From an uncultured Mycoplasmatota bacterium (GTDB taxonomy: Bacteria > Bacillota_I > Bacilli_A > RF39 > UBA660), in the NCBI GenBank assembly GCA_947574255.1, contig CANPJT010000004.1:1-50389 (forward strand): a stretch of DNA of 50,389 nucleotides, in the 5' to 3' direction. The translations under genes and the position numbers were made by a program. Below are positions 1 through 9,306 of the stretch, piece by piece; the first letter of the stretch is position 1, and each line of letters starts with the position of its first letter. Under the pieces are notes generated by a model. It worked only from the letters and a program-made list of their open reading frames with translations, did not search any database and had not been told where the DNA came from.

Positions 1-2
1 CT

Positions 3-293
3 AAAAATGCAGGAAATATTTCTTCTAAACAAGCAAAAGAAATATTTTATAAATCCGTCGAAGAGAAAAAAGAACCGAAAATTTTTATAAGTAGTGATTC
101 AGCTCAAATATCAGATAAAAATGAATTAGAAAGTATTATTGATAAAATTCTTTCAGAAAATGAAGAACAAGTAGAACAATATAAAAATGGTAAAGATAAT
201 TTGTTTGATTATTTTGTGGGGCAAGTTATGAAAAATACAAAAGGAAAAGCCAATCCTGTTATGACTAAAGAAATTTTGAAAGAAAAATTATAA
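3..293 (+). CDS. gatB: Asp-tRNA(Asn)/Glu-tRNA(Gln) amidotransferase subunit B, C-terminal part (5' truncated by window)
   Basis: Manual translation of frame 3: ...ISSKQAKEIF...QISDKNELESIIDKILSENEEQVEQYKNGKDNLFDYFVGQVMKNTKGKANP...KL*, the typical GatB/YqeY tail. Confidence 0.92.
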   Translation, partial: KNAGNISSKQAKEIFYKSVEEKKEPKIFISSDSAQISDKNELESIIDKILSENEEQVEQYKNGKDNLFDYFVGQVMKNTKGKANPVMTKEILKEKL

Positions 294-302
294 TAAATAG
301 TT

Positions 303-336
303 AAAAAATATGAGTTTTAGTGGCTCATATTTTTTT
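303..336 (+). terminator. Intrinsic terminator after gatB
   Basis: AAAAAATATGAG...CTCATATTTTTTT inverted repeat ending in a T-tract. Confidence 0.8.
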
Positions 337-392
337 ATTTTCTATGTCTAAATTAAATAAAAAATTTATAGTAGCAAATATTGTGCTAGTTA

Positions 393-401
393 TGTTATAA
401 T
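393..401 (+). promoter_or_regulatory. Extended -10 sigA-type promoter of herA-like gene
   Basis: TG-T-TATAAT about 25 nt upstream of the ATG at 427; RBS GAGGTG at 415-420. Confidence 0.55.
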
Positions 402-426
402 TATAAAAAATAAAGAGGTGTTGGAC

Positions 427-2199
427 ATGTTTGGAAAAATAAAATATATAAGTGAAAATATTGCAATTATAGAGAATTTAGGCGGAAATACTGGAACAAG
501 TGACTTAATGAATGTTAATGTTATTTTTGAAGCTCCTGAGCAAAGAATACTAGGGGAAATTACTGAAATAAACGCAACTGAAATGAAAATACGTTTTTTA
601 GGAGAATATTTAGATAAGAGATATGTTAATGGTGTTATTAGAAAACCTCTTTTATCTTCTAAAATAAGAATTATTAATAGTGAAGAGCTAATGGAACTTG
701 TTGGAACGCAAAGTAATAAGGCTTTTACTTTAGGAGAGAGTGCTATTTATAAAAAATATCACATTTGTCCTAATATTAACGATTTCTTTTCTAATCATTT
801 AGCTATTTTTGGAAATAGTGGAAGTGGGAAATCGTGTGGTATTGCTCGTATTGTTCAAAATGTCTTTTCTAATCCTAATATGTTATCTTATAATGCTAAT
901 ATATTTGTATTTGATGCATATGGCGAGTATAAAAATGCTTTTGGCAGTATAAATAAAATTAATCAAAGTTATAATTATAAGTTTATTACTACTAACCCGA
1001 TTGAATCAGATGATTTTTTATTACAAATTCCAGTTAATTTATTAAATTTAGATGATTTTGCCCTTTTATTACAAGCTACTAAACATAGTCAGTTACCAAT
1101 TCTTGAAAGAACAATTAGATTAGCTAAAATATTTAGTCAAAATTCAGAAGAATCTATTCGCTATAAAAATCATTTAATTGCTAAAGCTTTATTAGCCATT
1201 TTATTTAGTAATCAGACAACAGCGAGAAAGAAAAATGAAGTATTTCAAATTATTGAAGTTTGTCACACTAATGAATTCAACTTTGATAGTCAAATAGCTG
1301 GACTTGGTTATACTAGAACATTTAGTGAATGTTTTGAAATTGATTCGAATGGTAATTTTGGAGAAAGTGTTTTAATTACTGATTATATTTTAAAACATAT
1401 TGAAGATGCATATGAAGAAATGGAAGAACCAACTGAATATTCTTATTCATTAGTTGATTTTGCTAAAGCTTTAGAATTTACTATGATTAGTGAGGGTTTC
1501 CAAAATAATACTAACATGTTTAATGATGCAATGATATTAAAGGTACGTTTGAGTACAATTTTAAATACTAAAGTAGGAAAGTATTTTACTAATAATGGTT
1601 TTATTGCTCTTGATAAATATGTAAGTAGTTTAGTTGTTAAAAATAATACAAAAGCTCAAATTATTAATATAAACTTAGAAGATATTGATGATACTTATGC
1701 TAAAGTTATAGTTAAAATTATGTCTCGTTTATTCTTTGATTTCTGTAAAAATTTACCTCAACGTGCTAGTATACCGTTTCATATTTTCTTAGAAGAAGCA
1801 CATAGATATATCCAACATGATAATGATACTTATTTAATTGGTTATAACATCTTTGATCGTATTGCTAAAGAGGGAAGAAAGTATGGGACCTTGCTTGGTA
1901 TAATTAGTCAAAGACCAGTTGAAATTTCTGATACAGTAATATCACAAGTATCAAACTTTTTAATATTTAAAATGACTCATCCTAAAGATATCAAATATAT
2001 TGAAGAAATGCTTCCTAATATTTCATCAGATGTTATTGAGAAACAAAAAAGTTTACAACCTGGTAGTTGTGTAGGTTTTGGAAGTGCTTTTAAAATACCA
2101 ATGATTATTCGTATGCAACTTCCAAATCCGCTTCCTTATAGTTCTAACTGTGATGTATCTACAAGATGGAATGCTCAAAATCAAGCTCAAAATGCTTGA
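427..2199 (+). CDS. HerA/FtsK-superfamily ATPase (DUF87/HerA helicase-like)
   Basis: Walker A GNSGSGKS, Walker B IFLEEAHRY, IAKEGRKYG arginine-finger motif, ISQRP; N-terminal HAS-barrel-like region; start placed at ATG 427 after RBS GAGGTG. Confidence 0.85.
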   Translation: MFGKIKYISENIAIIENLGGNTGTSDLMNVNVIFEAPEQRILGEITEINATEMKIRFLGEYLDKRYVNGVIRKPLLSSKIRIINSEELMELVGTQSNKAFTLGESAIYKKYHICPNINDFFSNHLAIFGNSGSGKSCGIARIVQNVFSNPNMLSYNANIFVFDAYGEYKNAFGSINKINQSYNYKFITTNPIESDDFLLQIPVNLLNLDDFALLLQATKHSQLPILERTIRLAKIFSQNSEESIRYKNHLIAKALLAILFSNQTTARKKNEVFQIIEVCHTNEFNFDSQIAGLGYTRTFSECFEIDSNGNFGESVLITDYILKHIEDAYEEMEEPTEYSYSLVDFAKALEFTMISEGFQNNTNMFNDAMILKVRLSTILNTKVGKYFTNNGFIALDKYVSSLVVKNNTKAQIININLEDIDDTYAKVIVKIMSRLFFDFCKNLPQRASIPFHIFLEEAHRYIQHDNDTYLIGYNIFDRIAKEGRKYGTLLGIISQRPVEISDTVISQVSNFLIFKMTHPKDIKYIEEMLPNISSDVIEKQKSLQPGSCVGFGSAFKIPMIIRMQLPNPLPYSSNCDVSTRWNAQNQAQNA

Positions 2200-2252
2200 T
2201 TTTTTCTTTTTTGTAAAAAATACTAAAAAAATATAATAATTTATAAAATATG

Positions 2253-2261
2253 TGGTATAAT
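2253..2261 (+). promoter_or_regulatory. Extended -10 promoter of 6S RNA
   Basis: TG-G-TATAAT, 7 nt upstream of the predicted RNA 5' end. Confidence 0.7.
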
Positions 2262-2267
2262 AATAAT

Positions 2268-2440
2268 ACCTAAAGGATATAGTTTGTCTTATATAAAACC
2301 GACTATGGATATTCTTGGGAATCTAATTGAATTGTGGTGTTGAATACCAGCCCATTAAGTGTTGTTGGAATCCTAAAACAATTCATGTGATGCCCACCTC
2401 GCGTGAGCGGGTTTTTATCCAGGCAGACTTACCTTTGGGT
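2268..2440 (+). ncRNA. ssrS: 6S RNA (SsrS/BsrA-like)
   Basis: Long closing stems (ACCTAAAGG/CCTTTGGGT, AGTTTGTCT/AGGCAGACT, TAAAACC/GGTTTTT); motifs TTGGGA... and GCCCACCTCGCGTGAGCGGGTT resemble Bacillus 6S-1; lies directly upstream of yrvM/tcdA as in B. subtilis. Confidence 0.88.
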
Positions 2441-2461
2441 TTTTTATTTTGAGGTGAAAAT

Positions 2462-3142
2462 ATGTTTGAGAGAACATTAAGAATTATAGATAAAAAAATA
2501 ATGGAAGATATCCAATGCAAAAAAATATTATTGGTTGGTATTGGAGGTGTAGGGGGATTTGTACTAGAAGGTCTTATTCGTTCTGGTTTTCAAAATATTA
2601 CGATAATAGATTATGATATCATCGAAAAAAGTAATTTAAATCGTCAAATTATTACCAATATAAATAATGTTGGTAATTCTAAAATAGAGGAAGCCAAGGC
2701 TAGAGTTTTAAGTATTAATCCTCAGGTAAAATTAGAAGCAATAACTATGTTTTTAGATGAAAATAATATTAATAAAGTTATAAATAATCAATATGACTAT
2801 ATAATAGATGCTTGTGATACAATAACAACAAAATATTTTTTAATTAAAGAATGTTTAAAAAAGAAGATTAAAATAGTTTCTTGTATGGGAACAGGAAATA
2901 GATTAAATCCTCAACAATTAGAGATAACATCACTTGATAAAACCTATAATGATCCTTTGGCTAAAAATATGCGTTCAATATTAAAAAAGAATAATATAAC
3001 TTTAAAAATTCCTGTTATATGGAGTAGGGAGTTACCACTAAAAACTAATAATGGCCTAGGATCTATGATAATGGTTCCTTGTACTGCTGGAATGTTAATT
3101 ACTTATTATATTTTAGAAGACATTAAAAAAGCGACTATTTAG
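2462..3142 (+). CDS. tcdA: ThiF-family tRNA threonylcarbamoyladenosine dehydratase (TcdA/YrvM)
   Basis: GIGGVGG, SNLNRQ, DACD, SCMGTGNRLNP, DPLAK motifs. Confidence 0.88.
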   Translation: MFERTLRIIDKKIMEDIQCKKILLVGIGGVGGFVLEGLIRSGFQNITIIDYDIIEKSNLNRQIITNINNVGNSKIEEAKARVLSINPQVKLEAITMFLDENNINKVINNQYDYIIDACDTITTKYFLIKECLKKKIKIVSCMGTGNRLNPQQLEITSLDKTYNDPLAKNMRSILKKNNITLKIPVIWSRELPLKTNNGLGSMIMVPCTAGMLITYYILEDIKKATI

Positions 3143-4115
3143 TCGTTTTTATTATAATATCTATTAGTTTTTGGGGCTTTTCTTCATTATTTAAAATATC
3201 ATATATAGTATTAATAATTGGGCATTTAACATGTCTTTTCTTTAATAAATGATATAAAGCATTAATGGTATTTACACCTTCTACTGTATTTTTTTCTAAA
3301 TAGTTTTTGGCATTTTTTTTATTTCCTTTTTTTCCTAAAATTTCACCATAACTAAAATTACGACTCTTATCAGAACTACAAGTAAGAATTAAATCACCAA
3401 AACCAGCAAGAGAATTTAAAGTTTCTAAACTTGACTTGTAAGCGTATAAAATATTGCTTAGTTCTTCATAAACTGCTCTTAAATAAACGGCTTTAGTACT
3501 TTCGTGATTACCTAAACCACTAATAATTCCCGAACCTATAGCATAAATATTTTTGACACATCCACAAACTGCAATACCAGTTAAATCGTTACTATCTTCG
3601 ATATAAAGATCTTTAAAATCCAAAGCTTTTTTAATTATTTCACGACTTTTTTTATCTTTGCTAGCAAGGGTAAACCCAACTGGTTCTAAATTAGCAACAT
3701 CTATGGCAAATGTAGGGCCAGCAATGATTGAAATTTTATTTTTTAATATATTTTGAGCTATTTCATAAACAAATTTTTTGCTAGTTGCTGCGATTCCTTT
3801 GGTCGCAATACAAATAGGGGTGTTAGGGTTAAGAAGATGTTTTATATCTTTACAAACATTTTCTAAATATTCCACTCCAGTAACTAAGAATACTAATTCT
3901 ACATCTTCTAAAGCTTCATTATAATTATTTGTTATAGTAATATTTTTAGGAATGGTTTTATCTTTAAATATAGTATTTAACTTTTTTGTTTTTTTAAAAT
4001 CATCAACTAACTTTTTATTTTCGCTCCACATTATAATATTATTATCTTTATTATTAGCAATTGTAATAGCAATAGAGGTGCTAAAAACTCCTGTTCCAAT
4101 TATTCCTATTTTCAT
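3135..4115 (-). CDS. gpsA: NAD(P)H-dependent glycerol-3-phosphate dehydrogenase
   Basis: GTGVFS Rossmann, ATKG, GPTFA, KNIYAI, GFGDLILTCSSDKSRN, VEG motifs. Confidence 0.93.
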   Translation of the reverse strand: MKIGIIGTGVFSTSIAITIANNKDNNIIMWSENKKLVDDFKKTKKLNTIFKDKTIPKNITITNNYNEALEDVELVFLVTGVEYLENVCKDIKHLLNPNTPICIATKGIAATSKKFVYEIAQNILKNKISIIAGPTFAIDVANLEPVGFTLASKDKKSREIIKKALDFKDLYIEDSNDLTGIAVCGCVKNIYAIGSGIISGLGNHESTKAVYLRAVYEELSNILYAYKSSLETLNSLAGFGDLILTCSSDKSRNFSYGEILGKKGNKKNAKNYLEKNTVEGVNTINALYHLLKKRHVKCPIINTIYDILNNEEKPQKLIDIIIKTTK

Positions 4116-5329
4116 TCAAATTTTCCACCTTTCATTTCATTATATATTTTGTTTATATTCATTTCATATTTATTATTTTTAAATTGGTAATATTTTTTTC
4201 CTTTTAAATTTTCTGGTAAATAATCTTGATAAACCCAATCATTAGTATAATTATGAGGATATTTATATGTAGTACTACTAGTTTTTATATGTTTAGGTAC
4301 ATTTCCTGTGTTTCCACTACGAATATCATTAATTGCCGCTTTAATTCCTAAATAAGCACTGTTACTTTTGGGAGATAGAGCCATTTCTGTAACTATAACT
4401 CCTAAAGGGATTACAGCTTCTGGTAACCCAATAAGTTCTGCTGCATGAATTGCTGCCATAACTTTAGGTCCAATTCCTGGATTGGCAAGGCCAATATCTT
4501 CGTAAGCAATTACACTCATTCGTCTATATATACTGTCTAAATCTCCTGCCTCTAGAAGACGGGCTAAATAGTGAAGAGAAGCATCCACGTCACTCCCACG
4601 AATTGACTTTTGTAAAGCACTTAAAACATCGTAATGACCGTCTTCGTTTTTATCGTGAAAAAAAATAGGTTTACTATTAATTGATTTAATAAGTTCAATG
4701 TCAATTTTTTTATTATGAGAAGCAGCGTAACAAACTTCCAAAAGATTAATTGCGCTTCGAAAATCTCCTGATGAAACATTTGCAATATGTTTTAAACTTT
4801 CTTTATCAATTTGAATATCTTCTAATTTATCACATGCTTTTTTAAGTCCTTTGATAATGTCATTATTATTTAATTCGTGAAGTTCAAAAATCTGGACACG
4901 ACTGCGAATTGCTGGATTTATTTTATGATAGGGATTAGATGTAGTAAGACCTATTAGTATTATTAAGCCACTTTCAATATAAGGAAGTAATAAATCTTGC
5001 TTATCTTTATTCATTCGATGAATTTCATCAATTATAACAATCATTTCCCCATTCATTTTAGCTTCTTCAATAACAATATCAAAGTCTTTTTTATTATTAA
5101 TAGTAGCATTTAAAAAGCGATTAGGGCGATCTAACTCACTTACAATAGCGTTAGCAATACTAGTTTTACCAATTCCTGGTTTTCCATATAAAATAAAAGA
5201 AAAAATTTTTTTATTTCTAATCATATTAGATAAAACTTTGTTTTCTCCAACTAGATGCTCTTGGCCAATAATATCTGATAATTTTGTTGGCCTTAAGGTA
5301 TTTGATAATAATTCCAAATTTATCACCAT
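4112..5329 (-). CDS. rarA: Replication-associated recombination protein A (RarA/MgsA AAA+ ATPase)
   Basis: LRP..IIGQEHL, GKPGIGKT, DEIHR, SALQKSIRGSD, YEDIGLA, YKYPH. Confidence 0.95.
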   Translation of the reverse strand: MVINLELLSNTLRPTKLSDIIGQEHLVGENKVLSNMIRNKKIFSFILYGKPGIGKTSIANAIVSELDRPNRFLNATINNKKDFDIVIEEAKMNGEMIVIIDEIHRMNKDKQDLLLPYIESGLIILIGLTTSNPYHKINPAIRSRVQIFELHELNNNDIIKGLKKACDKLEDIQIDKESLKHIANVSSGDFRSAINLLEVCYAASHNKKIDIELIKSINSKPIFFHDKNEDGHYDVLSALQKSIRGSDVDASLHYLARLLEAGDLDSIYRRMSVIAYEDIGLANPGIGPKVMAAIHAAELIGLPEAVIPLGVIVTEMALSPKSNSAYLGIKAAINDIRSGNTGNVPKHIKTSSTTYKYPHNYTNDWVYQDYLPENLKGKKYYQFKNNKYEMNINKIYNEMKGGKFE

Positions 5330-5360
5330 TGATATTATAACATTATTTTTGCTAAATTAA

Positions 5361-6524
5361 TTATATTTTCGGAAAAGTTTCATTAAGAAATTCGCTTTTA
5401 GGAACAACTAATCCATTTTTAACTTTATACAAATATCTAATTTGGGGGTATTTATCTAAAATATATGCTCTATACATTATAAAATAATTAAATATTTCAT
5501 CTAAAGTTCTTTCCTCACCATTAATATATCGTTTGTTATCATCAATTTTAATTCTTAATTTGTTTAATTCTTCATTATAATTTTCTTCATTTATCTTAAA
5601 TCCTAATTTTTCTAAATATTCTTTATACATCTGTAGTCCTATATAATTGGCTTCATGTTCATAAGATAAATAGCAATAGTTTTCATTTTTATAATTATCA
5701 CTAGCACTTACTAATAAAAAATCTTTTAATTCTTTTATAGCATATGGGTTAGAGATATAATTTCTTGTTTCAAATATTTCTTTCCATTGTTTAGAATGAA
5801 TTAATTCATGAAATATTGTAAAAATTATACTAGGGTTACCATTATAATATAGCTCTTTAATATCTTTTTCTAATATTTTAATTGTATCTAAAAAACTTGA
5901 TCCAGCAACTTCAAAATCAAAAGAAGACTTTATAATACATTTAGGATTTGGATAATAACTTTTCATTAAATTTTCTGTAAATTGTTTTATCACTTTAACA
6001 AAACATTCATAACTTACATTTTGCATTTCTAATAAAGCGTTGTAAATAAAAAAATTATAAACATCATTTAAAGACTCATTATCTTCATTTCTAAAAATTA
6101 AGGTTTCTAAAGAATTTATTTCTAAATCAGTCAATTGATTATTCAAAATTGGTAATCGACTTAAAATATGTTTTATAAATCTATTATAAGTATTTATATA
6201 ATTATATTTTTCTAATATATAATTTATACAAGAAATTTTATCATCTTTTAAAGAGTATAATAAATTAAATAATTTGTTTATAGAAACTTTTTTTAAGGGC
6301 AAATTACTTAAACAATACAAAAGTCTTTTAATTATTATTTCTAAATTATTAATATTTTGTTTTAATTCTTTATTTATAGAACAACAATACATACAATTAC
6401 TATTTAAGTAGATTCCGCCACAATTAGGACAACGGCCAATTTTTCTGATATTTTCAATAATTGGTTTTAATTCATAATAATGTTTATCGATTATAACCTG
6501 TAAATATTTAGTATAACAATCCAT
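5361..6524 (-). CDS. Hypothetical protein with N-terminal zinc ribbon and HEXXH zincin-like motif
   Basis: CPNCGG..CMYC; FHELIHSKQ followed by SYEHEAN; no signal peptide. Confidence 0.6.
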   Translation of the reverse strand: MDCYTKYLQVIIDKHYYELKPIIENIRKIGRCPNCGGIYLNSNCMYCCSINKELKQNINNLEIIIKRLLYCLSNLPLKKVSINKLFNLLYSLKDDKISCINYILEKYNYINTYNRFIKHILSRLPILNNQLTDLEINSLETLIFRNEDNESLNDVYNFFIYNALLEMQNVSYECFVKVIKQFTENLMKSYYPNPKCIIKSSFDFEVAGSSFLDTIKILEKDIKELYYNGNPSIIFTIFHELIHSKQWKEIFETRNYISNPYAIKELKDFLLVSASDNYKNENYCYLSYEHEANYIGLQMYKEYLEKLGFKINEENYNEELNKLRIKIDDNKRYINGEERTLDEIFNYFIMYRAYILDKYPQIRYLYKVKNGLVVPKSEFLNETFPKI

Positions 6525-6623
6525 ATTTTAACCCTCTTTGATATTATTTTATCATGAATTATTAGATATTATAATTAAAGTATTTAAAAATCAAAATCTT
6601 TTATATATAATATATTCTATAGG

Positions 6624-7517
6624 GTGATTCTGAATATGATGAATAAAGAATATTATGATAAGTATTTAGATTATTTAATTTTTGAACGTAAGTTATCAAT
6701 GAATACAATTCTATCTTATCAAGATAATTTAAACCGTTTTGAAACATTCTTGAACGGAAAAAAAGTAACTGATTTAACGAGAAAAGATATTGAAGAATAT
6801 TTAAAATTTAATGATAAAATGGCAGAAAAGAGTAGAGCACATTATTTAACTGTTGTCAAAAATTTTTATGAGTTTTTAAGTTTAGAAGATTTAATCAAAA
6901 ATAATCCTTGTGAAACAATTAAACAACCAAAGATTAGCAAAATATTGCCTCATTACTTAACCGAACAAGAAGTAGATAAATTATTGGATATTGATTTAAA
7001 GACACCTTATGATTATCGCAATAAAGCAATGTTGGAACTTTTATATGCAACAGGTATTAGGGTAAGTGAATTAATAAACTTAAAAATTAATAATCTAGAT
7101 TTAGAAAATGATTTAATTAGAGTCTTAGGAAAAGGTAGTAAAGAAAGAATAAGTCCTATTAGTGATACAGCTGAAAAATATTTAAAAATATATATTTTAG
7201 ACTATCGTAATTTATTATTAAAGAAAAAAGATAGTGATTACCTTTTTATTAATAATTTCGGAAATAAAATTTCAAGACAAGGTTTTTTTAAAAATTTAAA
7301 ACAAATTGCTAAAAGACAGGGGATTAATAAGGAAATAAGTCCGCATACTTTAAGGCATTCTTATGCTACACACTTATTAGCACATGGAGCAGATTTACGC
7401 ATTATTCAGGAACTTTTAGGGCATAGCGATATATCAACTACTCAAATATATACTCATTTACTAAATGATAAAATAAAAGAAGATTATATAAAATATCATC
7501 CTCGTGCTAAAAAATAA
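6624..7517 (+). CDS. xerD: Chromosomal tyrosine recombinase XerD/XerC family
   Basis: ELLYATGIRVSEL, GKGSKER, SPHTLRHSYATHLL, IQELLGHSDISTTQIYTH, C-terminal HPRA; nearby dif site. Confidence 0.88.
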   Translation: MILNMMNKEYYDKYLDYLIFERKLSMNTILSYQDNLNRFETFLNGKKVTDLTRKDIEEYLKFNDKMAEKSRAHYLTVVKNFYEFLSLEDLIKNNPCETIKQPKISKILPHYLTEQEVDKLLDIDLKTPYDYRNKAMLELLYATGIRVSELINLKINNLDLENDLIRVLGKGSKERISPISDTAEKYLKIYILDYRNLLLKKKDSDYLFINNFGNKISRQGFFKNLKQIAKRQGINKEISPHTLRHSYATHLLAHGADLRIIQELLGHSDISTTQIYTHLLNDKIKEDYIKYHPRAKK

Positions 7518-7546
7518 AAAACCGTTGCATTTTAATCATGCAACGG
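7516..7546 (-). terminator. Intrinsic terminator oriented for the minus-strand small peptide gene (may also serve xerD)
   Basis: Perfect 9-bp stem CCGTTGCAT/ATGCAACGG with an A-tract on the left, i.e. a U-tract on the minus strand. Confidence 0.8.
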
Positions 7547-7569
7547 ATAGATAAGAAAAGTCTTATTAA

Positions 7570-7710
7570 CTAACGACTTTGTTCATTTCTGCTAGATTTT
7601 TTGTTATTATTTCTAGAATTTTCTCTTTGATTATTATTTTGATTATTTCTGTTATTTCTAGAATTTTCTTTTTGATTATTTCTAGCATTACTATTATTAT
7701 TTTTATTCAT
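7570..7710 (-). CDS. 46-aa Asn/Arg/Gln-rich small protein, candidate gamma-type SASP-like (missing from ORF track)
   Basis: MNKNNNSNARNNQKENSRNNRNNQNNNQRENSRNNNKKSSRNEQSR*; strong RBS AGGAGGT, own terminator, sigG-like promoter; internal repeat NNQ(K/R)ENSRNN. Confidence 0.75.
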   Translation of the reverse strand: MNKNNNSNARNNQKENSRNNRNNQNNNQRENSRNNNKKSSRNEQSR

Positions 7711-7731
7711 AATTTTCTTACCTCCTACAAT

Positions 7732-7761
7732 TATTATGTACTTTTTATTCTAGATAATTCA
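7732..7761 (-). promoter_or_regulatory. sigG-like forespore promoter
   Basis: TGAATT-17 nt-CATAATA versus B. subtilis sigG consensus TGAATA-17/18-CATACTA. Confidence 0.55.
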
Positions 7762-7781
7762 TAAATTGTAATGGTGATATT

Positions 7782-8534
7782 ATGGAAATAATTGGACCTT
7801 TACTAGTTTCTACCATTGCTGGTTTGTCAACAGTTTTTGGAGCTTTAATTGTTTTTTTAAAAATAAGAGAAGAATGTATTAATAAATTTATATCTATTTG
7901 TCTTAGTTTTTCTCTTGCTATAATGATAGGAATTAGTCTTACTGATTTAATTCCTAGTTCTTTAAGTGTTTTATTAAAAGCCAATTTAAATAAAGGATTA
8001 ATTATATCAATAATATCTTTTTTTACAGGAGTTTTTTCTATAAAATATTTAATTTCTAAGGTTTCTAAAATCAAAAAAAATACTAATAATTTATATAAAT
8101 TGGGTATTTTAAATATGATAGCTTTAATGCTTCATAATTTCCCAGAAGGAATAGCAACATTTCTAAGTTCATATCAGGATATTAGTGTTGGAATCCATTT
8201 AGGAATAGCGATAATGCTTCATAATATACCAGAAGGAATAAGTATAGCAGTACCTATATATTATGCTACCAAAAGTAAAAAAGAAGCTATAAAAAAGACT
8301 CTTATTTCAGGATTCGCTGAACCTTTAGGAGCCATTCTTGCTTTTGTATTATTTAAAAACTTTATTACAAATGAATTTATAAGCATAATTCTTTTATTAG
8401 TCGCTGGAATAATGATTGCTATTTCTATTGAAGAAATATTTCCTGAAACCTTAAAATATAAAGAAAATAAATCTATTATAAAAGGATTATTATTAGGAAT
8501 TGTTCTTATATTAGTTAATCATTTTTTCTTATAA
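7782..8534 (+). CDS. ZIP family metal transporter (ZupT-like)
   Basis: LHNFPEG and LHNIPEG motifs, AEPLGA, multiple TM helices. Confidence 0.92.
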   Translation: MEIIGPLLVSTIAGLSTVFGALIVFLKIREECINKFISICLSFSLAIMIGISLTDLIPSSLSVLLKANLNKGLIISIISFFTGVFSIKYLISKVSKIKKNTNNLYKLGILNMIALMLHNFPEGIATFLSSYQDISVGIHLGIAIMLHNIPEGISIAVPIYYATKSKKEAIKKTLISGFAEPLGAILAFVLFKNFITNEFISIILLLVAGIMIAISIEEIFPETLKYKENKSIIKGLLLGIVLILVNHFFL

Positions 8535-8594
8535 AAAGTATGTATATTTTAAAAAGTTTTTTTATAATTTTTACGATAAAGAAAAGAGGAATAT

Positions 8595-9221
8595 ATGAAA
8601 AAGGTTGGCATTATTTTAAGAGACTATACAAGTAAAACTAATAATCCTATATTTGCTATTCGTGAGGATTTAATTTATTATTTGCAAAATTATAATATAG
8701 AATTAATATGTATTCCAGTTTGTTTTAAAAATAATCAAGAAATTGAGTTTAGAAGAGTAGAGAAGATTATAAATGAATGTCAAGGCATTATTTTACCTGG
8801 CGGAGAGAATTATTATGATATTGATTTAAAAATAGTTAAATATCTTTATAAACATAATATTCCGACATTAGGAATTTGTTTAGGAATGCAAATTATGGCA
8901 TTAAATTTTAATGGCCAAATTAATACTTTGCCCAATCAAAACCATCAAAAAAAAGAAAAATATGTTCATCAAATTAAAATAAAAGAAGATAGTTTATTAT
9001 ATCAAATATTGGAAACAAATTCTATTTTAGTAAACAGCCGTCATTCAGAATATATTGTTAATACAAATTTAAATATAGTAGCTATCTCAAATGATTTTGT
9101 AATTGAAGCTATAGAAGATCCGACTAAAAGTTTTTTTGTTGGAGTTCAATGGCATCCAGAAAGTTTATTTACTGACATTTATTCAAAAAAAATATTTGAT
9201 TATTTTATTCAAAAACTTTAA
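8595..9221 (+). CDS. Class I glutamine amidotransferase-like, peptidase C26 / gamma-glutamyl-GABA hydrolase family
   Basis: LPGG, LGICLGMQ, VNSRH, GVQWHPE catalytic triad motifs. Confidence 0.88.
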   Translation: MKKVGIILRDYTSKTNNPIFAIREDLIYYLQNYNIELICIPVCFKNNQEIEFRRVEKIINECQGIILPGGENYYDIDLKIVKYLYKHNIPTLGICLGMQIMALNFNGQINTLPNQNHQKKEKYVHQIKIKEDSLLYQILETNSILVNSRHSEYIVNTNLNIVAISNDFVIEAIEDPTKSFFVGVQWHPESLFTDIYSKKIFDYFIQKL

Positions 9222-9306
9222 ATACTAGATACTTCAACTAATTTAAAAAGGAGAATAATAGTTTTAACGCTATTAGATATACAATTAAATTAGTTTAAAA
9301 TATCGG

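Noticed and set aside
6624-7517. Tyrosine recombinase as a prophage/ICE integrase
   Set aside because: Size and motifs fit chromosomal XerD (HPRA tail, no arm-binding domain); dif is nearby and there are no phage or conjugation genes
7570-7700. Short repeats (TTATTTCTAGAATTTTCT x2) as a CRISPR array
   Set aside because: Only two copies, in-frame coding repeats, no spacers or cas genes
7579-7764. 61-aa + strand hydrophobic ORF in the track
   Set aside because: Antisense shadow of the N/R/Q-rich peptide; TTG start without RBS, while the minus strand has RBS, promoter and terminator
7740-7767. sigK/sigE-like promoter (AC-18-CATAAATT) for the ZIP gene
   Set aside because: Too low in information for such AT-rich DNA and overlaps the divergent sigG-like promoter
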